The position numbers and the translations under genes are program-made. Shown one piece after another: positions 1 to 7,592 of a stretch of 64,000 nucleotides of DNA. Where the stretch lies: NCBI GenBank assembly GCA_965204535.1, contig OZ241996.1, forward strand, positions 1,312,001-1,376,000, in the 5' to 3' direction. This stretch comes from a bacterium (GTDB lineage: Bacteria > UBA8248). The notes under the pieces were generated by a model. The model was given only the letters and a program-made list of their open reading frames with translations. It did no database searches and had not been told where the DNA came from. How positions within the stretch are numbered: position 1 is the first letter of the stretch; the number at the start of each line of letters is the position of its first letter.

Positions 1-233
1 AAGTCGAGCCCCTCGGCCACCTTGTTCGTGATGACCGTGATGCAGGCGGAAAGCGCGCCGAGGGCCAGTTCGCGCGGCGTGGGGCCCGTGTCGGTTCCCC
101 CGCCCTGCGCCGGTTCATCGGCGACGAAGGCGTGCTTGCGCGCTTTCAACTCCACCCGGCAGCCCTCCGCGCGCGTGGCCCGAACCCGGCGCTCCTGTTT
201 GGCCATCACTTCCTTGTCTACGGATTCCACCAT
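1..233 (-). CDS. OsmC/Ohr family protein (N-terminal part; runs off the window)
   Basis: Not in ORF track. Manual translation from ATG at 233 (GAGGAG SD upstream): MVESVDKEVMAKQERRVRATRAEGCRVELKARKHAFVADEPAQGGGTDTGPTPRELALGALSACITVIT..., which has the OsmC-like DEP-x-GG-x-D-x-GPTP-x-EL...AL-x-AC motif. Confidence 0.8.
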   Translation of the reverse strand, partial: MVESVDKEVMAKQERRVRATRAEGCRVELKARKHAFVADEPAQGGGTDTGPTPRELALGALSACITVITNKVAEGLD

Positions 234-284
234 CGGTATTTCTCCTCGGAAATATGAAAACGAATGCGTCTTGGCGAATAAAAC

Positions 285-1346
285 CTAGTCGAACACCACC
301 GCCGCCCTTCCGGTCACCCGGTTTTCCATAAGCGCCTGGAAGGCGGTTTCGGTCTCCTCGAGCCGAAACGTCTCGGTGACGATGGGTTTGATTTTTCCCT
401 GCTGAATCAGCGCAAGCGATTGTCCGAGTTCTTCCATCGAGCAGTAGCGCGAGCCGTGAATCTCCTGCGCGTAGGTGAGAAGCTGGAGCGGGTCGACGGT
501 GAAGTTGGGCGATACGTTGTTGTACGCCGGCGCCGGGCGGTAGCCCACGATCACGAGCTTGCCCCCGCGTCCGATGCTGGCCACGCCGGCTTCGAGCGTC
601 TCGCGCGAGGCCACGTAGTCGATGTAGGCGTCCACGCCTCGCCCGTCGGTGAGCGAGAGGATTTCCTCCACCGTGTCGGTCTGCGCAGGGTTCAGGGTGG
701 CGAAGGCGCCGAGCTGGGATACCGTCTCGAGTTTTTTCTCCGACACGTCGATCCCGATCACGTGGCCGCCGCACACCTGGGCCATCTGCACCGCGTGAAT
801 CGCCACGCCGCCGCCCGCGCCCACGATAGCCACCACGTCGCCGGGTTTTATCTGCGCCTCGGCCACGCAGTTGTGGTAGGGCGTGCAGATGGCGTCCGCC
901 GCCACGCAGGCATCGAGCGAGGAGACGCCGTCCGGAATCTTGCACAGGTTCACGGCGGGGACGGCCGTGTATTCGGCGTAGCCTCCGTCCATGACGAGGC
1001 CGACATATCCCCGGAAATTCTCGCAAAGCGTCTCGCGCCCGCTGCGGCAATAGCGGCAGTTGTGGCAGGTGAGGTAGAAGTGGCACGTCACGTGATCGCC
1101 GACGCCCACGTTCGTGACATGGGAGCCTGTCTCGACGACCTCGCCCGCAATCTCGTGTCCCAGGATTCGGGGATATTCATCCACCAGCCCCGGCGTGCTG
1201 CGCATGATGACCAGCGTAAGGCCCACGCCCGTGGCCTTCAACTGCACCAGCGCGTCGTTCGGACCCGGCTGGGGCACCGGAACTTCTTCGAGCTGAAACG
1301 ATCCGCCCAACTCATGAAGCCGCATTGCTTTCATCGTGGATGCCAT
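285..1346 (-). CDS. Zinc-binding medium-chain dehydrogenase/reductase (alcohol dehydrogenase family)
   Basis: GHEIAG motif, structural Zn cluster CHNCRYCRSGRETLC, Rossmann GAGGGVA; GGAGG SD before the ATG. Confidence 0.9.
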   Translation of the reverse strand: MASTMKAMRLHELGGSFQLEEVPVPQPGPNDALVQLKATGVGLTLVIMRSTPGLVDEYPRILGHEIAGEVVETGSHVTNVGVGDHVTCHFYLTCHNCRYCRSGRETLCENFRGYVGLVMDGGYAEYTAVPAVNLCKIPDGVSSLDACVAADAICTPYHNCVAEAQIKPGDVVAIVGAGGGVAIHAVQMAQVCGGHVIGIDVSEKKLETVSQLGAFATLNPAQTDTVEEILSLTDGRGVDAYIDYVASRETLEAGVASIGRGGKLVIVGYRPAPAYNNVSPNFTVDPLQLLTYAQEIHGSRYCSMEELGQSLALIQQGKIKPIVTETFRLEETETAFQALMENRVTGRAAVVFD

Positions 1347-1586
1347 CTCTTCGCCTCCTCAGGTCGTATCGGGCGCGCCGGCCGCAACGGGTGGATGTGT
1401 CGGAACGCGTCATACGACTTTAAGGCTTTTCACGCGGCCTGAAAAGAGGCGAGGGGTTGTTGGGCGCGCCGAGATTTCTCACGCCGGTCCGGTTTATTCT
1501 CCTCATTCTTCACGAGAATCCCCATATACCCATTCCGCCTGTACTCATGCTAAAATCCGCGAAATGCACCGCCAAGGAGAGGCCAC

Positions 1587-1979
1587 TTGATCTTCAAACT
1601 GTTTTTGCTGTTCACGCTCATTCCCATCATCGAACTGATGATTCTCATCGATCTGGGAACCTCCATCGGCCTGGCCCCGACGCTGGGGGTGGTCATCCTC
1701 ACCGGCGCGCTCGGCGCATGGGCGGCGAGAACCCAGGGGTTTTACGTGGTCTCGCGCATCCAGGCGGAAATGGCGGAGGGGAAGCTTCCCGGGGCCGAGA
1801 TGGTCGAGGGTGCGATGGTGCTCGTGGGCGGCGTGCTGCTCCTGACGCCCGGACTCCTGACGGACGCCGCCGGTTTCGCCTTGATGATCCCCGCCGTTCG
1901 GGCCGTGGTGCGGGGCTGGCTGATGCGAAAATTCGAAAAGATGATCGAAGAAGGCAAGGTGCATGTCTACCGGGGCTAG
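1587..1979 (+). CDS. fxsA: FxsA family membrane protein
   Basis: LFTLIPIIEL...TGALG...GGVLLLTPGLLTDAAGF signature, hydrophobic, AGGAG SD. Confidence 0.9.
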   Translation: MIFKLFLLFTLIPIIELMILIDLGTSIGLAPTLGVVILTGALGAWAARTQGFYVVSRIQAEMAEGKLPGAEMVEGAMVLVGGVLLLTPGLLTDAAGFALMIPAVRAVVRGWLMRKFEKMIEEGKVHVYRG

Positions 1980-2910
1980 GGTGGAGCGCATCGGACCGGA
2001 GCACCGCCATTCCCTGACCGCCCTGGCGGCGGAGGCTTTCGGGCTTTCGCGCGAGGAAATGGATGCCGGTTTCGGCGCGCCGGGAACGAAGGTCTGGCTC
2101 GCCTGGCCGGGGGAGGGCGAAGACGAGACCCCGGCGGGCTACTGCCGCATGGTGGTGAACAGGGAGGCGAGAGCGAGGAACAGGGCCTGCATCGACGCTC
2201 TCTACGTGCGGCCCGAAGCCCGCAAGGCGGGTTACGCCCGGAATCTGCTGGAGGCGGCCCTCGCCGAAGCGCGGGAAAACGGCCTGGACGGCATCTGGGC
2301 GTATCTGCCCGTATCGCTTCCGGGGCGTTTCATATATCTGAGCGGCGGGCGAAAAGTGCGCGACCTCCGCTTCCTGAAGCATGACGCGCTCACGGAGTTG
2401 GGAGAACCGCGTCTGCCGGCGGGCTACCGGCTTCGCGCGGCGGCTCTTCCGGAGGACGGGCAATACCTCGCCGATCTGTTCAACGAGATTTTCCCGGACA
2501 TGTGGAACTTCATGCCTCATACGCCCGAGACGATCACCGCCTGGTACGACGCGCCGGATACGGACCCGGAAAACTCGTTCATTCTCGAATTTCATAACGG
2601 CGAATCGGGAAGCCCCCAGGGCGCGGGGATGGCGATATTGGCCGTCGACCCGAGCCGGTTGGCCACGGGCGATAAAGCCGTCTACATCCCCGACCTCGGC
2701 GTTATGCGCGGCCACCGGAGACGCGGGCTGGGCCGCTTGCTGATCCAGGCTTCCGCCCAAAGAGCGCAGGCGTGCGGTGCGGAGGCGCTCGAACTCATCG
2801 TTTCCGCAGAAGACGAAGACGTGCGCGCGTTCTACCAGGGTCTGGGATTCAACGAGGTGGGGGTCATCAGCGTCTATGAGTGGCTCTGCAGTGACTTAGA
2901 ATCTACTTGA
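1963..2910 (+). CDS. Tandem-domain GNAT family N-acetyltransferase
   Basis: Two acetyl-CoA-binding motifs (LYVRPEARKAGYA; LGVMRGHRRRGLG) and C-terminal FYQGLGF. Confidence 0.85.
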   Translation: MSTGARVERIGPEHRHSLTALAAEAFGLSREEMDAGFGAPGTKVWLAWPGEGEDETPAGYCRMVVNREARARNRACIDALYVRPEARKAGYARNLLEAALAEARENGLDGIWAYLPVSLPGRFIYLSGGRKVRDLRFLKHDALTELGEPRLPAGYRLRAAALPEDGQYLADLFNEIFPDMWNFMPHTPETITAWYDAPDTDPENSFILEFHNGESGSPQGAGMAILAVDPSRLATGDKAVYIPDLGVMRGHRRRGLGRLLIQASAQRAQACGAEALELIVSAEDEDVRAFYQGLGFNEVGVISVYEWLCSDLEST

Positions 2911-2939
2911 ATAAATATTTTCAACATATTGTTATTGAG

Positions 2940-4202
2940 TCATAAATTACTTTTTATGTAGCTCGATACTTCCTCGCGTCTCACCTCGGTCTGGCGGCTC
3001 TCATTCATGTGGCGAACGCTCACCACCCCCTTGGCCGCCTCGTCGTCGCCTAGGAGAAGCACGAACGCCGCACCCGAGCGATCAGCGCGTCTCATCTGGC
3101 TTTTCATGCTGCCCCCGCCGAAGGAGCGGTCGGTGCGAATCCCCCCCGCGCGAAGTTCTGCGGCGAGTCCGAAGACTTGGGGCTCTGCGGCGTCGCCGAG
3201 TGCGACGATGTAGACTTGCGGTTCCTCATTCTGCGCCGGGGCCTTTTTTCCCGCTAACTGCAAGAGACGCTCCACACCGACCGCGAAGCCGATACCCGGC
3301 GTGGGCGGGCCGCCCAGCTCCTCCATGAGACCGTCGTACCGCCCACCGCCGCATACCGCGTTCTGCGCCCCCAGGCTCTCGCTTGTTATCTCGAAGACGG
3401 TGAGGCAGTAGTAGTCGAGGCCGCGAACGAGCCTCGGGTTGATTTCATACGCGACGCCCGCGCTCTTGATGAGCCGGCATACGCTCTCCAGATGCTCCCG
3501 GCAGGCCTCGCTCCAGAACGCGTCTATCCTTGGCGCGCGCGCGATGATCTCCTGGTGGTCCGGGTTCTTGCTGTCCAGAAAGCGAAGCGGGTTGCGCTCG
3601 ACCCGCTCGGCGATTTCGGCGCCCAGGTGCTTCGTTTCTGCTCTGAGATATTCCTGGAGGGCGGCGGCGTAGGCCGGACGGCATTCCGCATCGCCCAGGT
3701 TGTTGATCTGGAGCGCCAGGCTCTTGACTCCCATTTTGTCGAGAAATTCCATGAGCATCACGATGAGTTCGGCGTCGACCGCCGGGTCCACCGAGCCGAA
3801 GACCTCGGCGTCTATCTGGTGGAACTGCCGCAGGCGGCCGGCCTGGGGACGCTCGTAGCGAAACATAGGGCCAATGCAGAAGAGCTTCGATACGCCGGGT
3901 CGGTTGTGGAGGCCGTTTTGCACGTAGGCGCGGCAGATCGAGGCGGTCGCCTCGGGGCGGAGGGTGATGGAGTCGCCCCCCTTGTCTTCAAAGGTGTACA
4001 TCTCCTTGGAGACGATGTCGGTTTCCTCGCCGATGCCGCGCGCGAAGAGTTCGGTGCGCTCGAACACGGGCACTCTTATCTCTCCGTAGCCGTAACGCGC
4101 GAAAATCTCGCGCGCCAGACGCTCGGCGCCATGCCACCGCAAGGATTCTTCGGGCAGGATGTCTTTCACGCCGCGCACCGCCGTGAGTCTGGGCCGCGCC
4201 AT
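2940..4202 (-). CDS. hisS: Histidine--tRNA ligase
   Basis: RGVKD, LRPEATA, FRYERPQAGRLRQFHQ, LVRGLDYY, GGGRYDGL motifs; start moved to ATG 4202 (GGAGGA SD). Confidence 0.97.
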   Translation of the reverse strand: MARPRLTAVRGVKDILPEESLRWHGAERLAREIFARYGYGEIRVPVFERTELFARGIGEETDIVSKEMYTFEDKGGDSITLRPEATASICRAYVQNGLHNRPGVSKLFCIGPMFRYERPQAGRLRQFHQIDAEVFGSVDPAVDAELIVMLMEFLDKMGVKSLALQINNLGDAECRPAYAAALQEYLRAETKHLGAEIAERVERNPLRFLDSKNPDHQEIIARAPRIDAFWSEACREHLESVCRLIKSAGVAYEINPRLVRGLDYYCLTVFEITSESLGAQNAVCGGGRYDGLMEELGGPPTPGIGFAVGVERLLQLAGKKAPAQNEEPQVYIVALGDAAEPQVFGLAAELRAGGIRTDRSFGGGSMKSQMRRADRSGAAFVLLLGDDEAAKGVVSVRHMNESRQTEVRREEVSSYIKSNL

Positions 4203-4204
4203 CG

Positions 4205-4954
4205 CTATCCTCCAAGAGCCGCTTCGAGCAGGCGGGGCAGGGCGACGCCCGAGGGCTCCTGCACCGCCTCGCTCATGTACGGGCTGATATCCGTCGGCTC
4301 GGGGTTCACCTCGAGCACGAACGCGCCGCCTCGCGAGGCCGTCATGGGCATCGAGGCGGCCGGCTGCACCGCGGCGGACGTGCCCGCCACGATCAGGTAA
4401 TCGCAATCATCCACCGCAACGAGCGCCCGACGCAACTGCTCGGGGTCGAGCATCTCGCCGAACCACACCACGTGGGGGCGCAGCAGGCTCTCGCACGCCT
4501 CACACTTCGGGGGCAGGGGGTCGATCGGTACGTCGCGGTTCTCCCATGCGAGCGTGTAGCGCTCACAGCCTATGTTCGTGCAGCGGACGCGCCAGATGTT
4601 GCCGTGCAGTTCCACGATTTCGCGCGTCCCGGCGACGCGGTGTAAGTTGTCGATGTTCTGCGTGATGAGTGCGAAGCGCGCGAAGTGCTCCTCAAGCGAG
4701 GCGATGGCGTAATGGCCCGGGTTGGGCGCCAGGGGTTCGAGCACCTCGCGGCGGTAGTTGTAAAACTCCCAGACGAGTTTCGGGTCGGCGCGAAAGGCCT
4801 CGGGCGTCGCCAGCGAGGTGGCGCTGTACTCGCGCCACAGGCCGCCCGCTCCCCGGAAGGTAGGCACGCCGCTCTCCGCACTCACGCCCGCCCCGGTCAG
4901 GACGACCACCGATTCCGCGTCTTTGAGAGTGTCAATCGCGCGTTGGCTGAACAT
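4205..4954 (-). CDS. cobB: NAD-dependent protein deacylase (class III sirtuin)
   Basis: GAGVSAESGVPTFRG, ITQNIDNLH, ELHGN, LRPHVVWFGE, GTS; YxxR (FYNYRR) desuccinylase motif; start ATG 4954 with GGAG SD. Confidence 0.93.
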   Translation of the reverse strand: MFSQRAIDTLKDAESVVVLTGAGVSAESGVPTFRGAGGLWREYSATSLATPEAFRADPKLVWEFYNYRREVLEPLAPNPGHYAIASLEEHFARFALITQNIDNLHRVAGTREIVELHGNIWRVRCTNIGCERYTLAWENRDVPIDPLPPKCEACESLLRPHVVWFGEMLDPEQLRRALVAVDDCDYLIVAGTSAAVQPAASMPMTASRGGAFVLEVNPEPTDISPYMSEAVQEPSGVALPRLLEAALGG

Positions 4955-5043
4955 CGTTTTCTCCATTCCATCATGCGTCCGCCGCCTACTCGGGATGAGG
5001 GGGCGGACCCGATCGGTGGGGGGCAAGCCCGATTGAAGAATGA

Positions 5044-5319
5044 GGGCTTGTTGAAAAGCTCCTTTTGAGAGCGCGCGCGTTGAATTTCACTCCCCCCTTG
5101 AGGGGGAGTCAACGAGGCAAGGGCGAAGCCCGCAGGCGAGTTGGTGGGGGGACATGCCACAGAATAAATCTCCCCCCACCGAATCGGCCTTCGTCCAAAG
5201 GACTCGGCCTCTTCGACTCCCCCTCAAGGGGGGAGTGAATCTCGCTTTTGCTCGTCTTGCCGCCGGGTTTTTCGAGGCGGAGAAACTCGACCCCCCCAAG
5301 AGGGCTTTTCAACAAACCC
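5044..5319. mobile_element. MITE-like non-autonomous element, copy 1 (TIR GGGYTTGTTGAAAAGC) enclosing a long hairpin
   Basis: Left end gggcttgttgaaaagc (5044) and right end gcttttcaacaaaccc (to 5319) are inverted with 15/16 match; internal perfect 25-bp inverted repeat 5086-5110 / 5215-5239. Confidence 0.7.
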
Positions 5320-5444
5320 CGCACAGTCGGGTTTGTTCGCAACGAACCCCGGCAATCTCTACCGCCGCCTCCCGCCATGTACGCCCGTATGAAACTTCGG
5401 AGAAGGTAGTCCATCGGCCCCGCGTGCGCAAACGGGTATGGAAG

Positions 5445-5473
5445 TTGACACGCGCGCGGATGCCGCCTAGCTT
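5445..5473 (+). promoter_or_regulatory. Putative sigma70 promoter for the ThDP-enzyme gene
   Basis: TTGACA (5445-5450), 17-nt spacer, TAGCTT (5468-5473). Confidence 0.55.
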
Positions 5474-5514
5474 TGGCGGGCTTTGTTTCTATGGGGGAAC
5501 CGGAGGAGTTTCAG

Positions 5515-7218
5515 GTGGCGCGAAACGGATCGCAGGTCCTGCTGGATGCGCTTAAGGAAAACGGCGCGGAATACATCTTTGGCATTCCGGGCACGCTCAC
5601 GCTGCCGGTCTACGACGCGATGATCGACGGCGCGGGCGCGACGCCGGTCGTCACGCGCCACGAGCAGGGGGCGGGTTTCGCGGCGGACGGCTACGCCAAG
5701 GTGTCCGGTAAGACGGGTGTGGTCTTCACCGTGCCGGGGCCGGGCGGCACGAACCTCGCCACCGCGCTTCGCTCCGCTTATGAGGACGCGGTTCCCGTCG
5801 TCGCGGTGACGGCCACCCTCGCCGACAACATGCGGAACAGAAGCGCCATCCATGACGTGGACATGGAAAAGGCGCTCGCGGGCTGCGTCAAAAAGGCGTT
5901 CACGCCCGATTCGGTCGCGGGCATAGAGCCCGCCGTGGAGGCCGCGTTCCGCTGGGCGGAGGCGGGAAGGCCGGGACCTGTGCAGGTGGTGATGAAGGCG
6001 GACCTGTTCCAGGCCGAAGAGGAGCGGGTGATCATAAAACCCGAATTCAAGGGGCCGCCGCCCCCGCCGCCCGTCGATGAGCGCGCGCTCGATGAGATCG
6101 CGAAATCGCTCCTGGCCGCCAGGCGCCCGGTGATTTACGCAGGCAATGGTGTTGTGGCTGCCCGCTGTGAGAGGGAGGTGCAGCTTCTCGCTTCCAGGCT
6201 GGGCGCGCCCGTCGTCACCTCCGTGAAGGGGCGGGGGATTCTGTCCGAAGCCGATCCGCTCTCCTTCGGCCTGGTGCATTTCCTGGGCTGTGAGGAGATG
6301 CTCGAAGAGGCGGATTCGTGTCTGGCCCTAGGGACGGGTTTCGGGCAGTTCGCCACGTTCTACTTCAAGGCACCGATGCCGAAGAATCTCGTTCAGATCG
6401 ACATCGACCCCGAGCGCATCGGGCGGAATTACCCGGCATCAGTGGGCCTGGTGAGCGACTTGAAGCCTGCACTCGATGGCCTGCTCAAGGGAATCGCAGA
6501 CGCGGATGACGCTGCCCTCACAGAAGGACACGTCCGCGTGCGCGAGGGGAAAAGGCGCTATGAGGAGAGGCTGCGCTCGTTTTTGGCAGAACCGGCCGAG
6601 CCGCCCTTCCACGGTCTTTTCGTGATGAAGACGCTGCGCGAGAACACCTCGCCGGATACCATTTTCGTCTCCGATTCCTCCGCCACCCAGAGCTGGCTCA
6701 TGGAGCAGGTGTTCGTGATTCACCGCCCCAGGAGCATCCTGCTATCAGAAGCCTACCAGTCGATGGGCTACGCGGTGGGCGCGGCGGTCGGTGCGAAGCT
6801 CGGCGCGCCTGAGAGGCCGGTGTGCGCGGTCGTAGGGGACGGCAGCTTCACGATGACCTGCGGCGAACTCGCCACGGCGGCGGCGCTCGGTTTGTCGATC
6901 ACCTACCTCATCTTCAACGACGGGGAATACAACGCGCTCAGACACTCGCAAAAGCACGTGTTCGGCGAGCGCTACATCGCCACTTCTCTCAACAACCCCG
7001 ACTTCCCGGATCTCGCGCGCGCGTTCGGCGCGAATGGGCATCGCGTGGAATCGGCGGAGGCGTTGGGGAGCGCCATCCGGGATGCGCAGTCGGGGGGCGG
7101 CGTTCACGTCATCGACTGTCCGATCGACCGGGATGTGCTCTCATCGAGATGGACGCGGACGGTGAAATCCTTCCGGGGCGGGGCCGCCACCGCGCCGCCG
7201 CCCGACGCGGGCTCTTGA
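5515..7218 (+). CDS. Thiamine pyrophosphate-binding protein (acetolactate synthase-like family)
   Basis: FGIPG, TRHEQGAGFAADGYAK, PGPGGTN, GRPGPV, ThDP motif GDGSF...IFND; start GTG 5515 (GGAGGA SD) or ATG 5491. Confidence 0.9.
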   Translation: MARNGSQVLLDALKENGAEYIFGIPGTLTLPVYDAMIDGAGATPVVTRHEQGAGFAADGYAKVSGKTGVVFTVPGPGGTNLATALRSAYEDAVPVVAVTATLADNMRNRSAIHDVDMEKALAGCVKKAFTPDSVAGIEPAVEAAFRWAEAGRPGPVQVVMKADLFQAEEERVIIKPEFKGPPPPPPVDERALDEIAKSLLAARRPVIYAGNGVVAARCEREVQLLASRLGAPVVTSVKGRGILSEADPLSFGLVHFLGCEEMLEEADSCLALGTGFGQFATFYFKAPMPKNLVQIDIDPERIGRNYPASVGLVSDLKPALDGLLKGIADADDAALTEGHVRVREGKRRYEERLRSFLAEPAEPPFHGLFVMKTLRENTSPDTIFVSDSSATQSWLMEQVFVIHRPRSILLSEAYQSMGYAVGAAVGAKLGAPERPVCAVVGDGSFTMTCGELATAAALGLSITYLIFNDGEYNALRHSQKHVFGERYIATSLNNPDFPDLARAFGANGHRVESAEALGSAIRDAQSGGGVHVIDCPIDRDVLSSRWTRTVKSFRGGAATAPPPDAGS

Positions 7219-7291
7219 GTCTGCGCCTTAAGCGGGGCTGTTGAAAAAGCCTGCAATGCGGTCAATGGGACACCGCCTTGCCGAAGGGATT

Positions 7292-7375
7292 GTAGGGGCC
7301 GCATATATGCGGCCCGAGTGCCGACGGTGAAAAAACAGGGACGCATACTATGTCGGACATATATGTCCGACCTAC
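7292..7375. repeat. GTAG-type REP doublet (REPIN-like)
   Basis: GTAG+GGGCCGCATATATGCGGCCC (7292-7315) and inverted GTCGGACATATATGTCCGAC+CTAC (7352-7375); both are perfect 20-bp palindromes. Confidence 0.8.
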
Positions 7376-7445
7376 AAAAACCGCCCCCTCCACGGTCGCG
7401 TCGAATCCTCGTTAATCGGGGTTTTTTCAGCAACCCTATTTTTAT

Positions 7446-7531
7446 CCCTCACCCTGAGTAGCCGCCGAAGGCGGCGTATCGAAGGGCGCTCCCTCTATAC
7501 GGCGCGCAAGCGCGCCTACTCGGGATGAGGG
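7446..7531. repeat. Palindromic intergenic repeat (CCTCACCCTGAGTAG...CTACTCRGGATGAGG family)
   Basis: Terminal inverted arms with internal gccgccgaaggcggc and ggcgcgcaagcgcgcc hairpins; homologous copy at 10228-10344 and half copy at ~4983-5001. Confidence 0.8.
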
Positions 7532-7592
7532 AGGGGTGAAGTCCGACCGAGGATGCCTTTTTCAACAACCCCTTTCCCGCTCCCGGTTCGTC

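Larger units (their letters stand above)
7234..7572. mobile_element. MITE-like composite element, copy 2 (one left TIR, two alternative right TIRs) containing a REP doublet and a hairpin repeat
   Basis: ggggctgttgaaaaagc at 7234; inverted ends ttttttcagcaaccc (to 7436) and tttttcaacaacccc (to 7572). Confidence 0.65.

Noticed and set aside
4203-4406. N-terminal extension of HisS
   Set aside because: It overlaps cobB in another frame; a strong SD precedes ATG 4202
5087-5555. Short ORFs (5087-5299, 5109-5414, 5154-5555) as a possible transposase or toxin
   Set aside because: They are translations of the palindromic element, with no recognisable motifs
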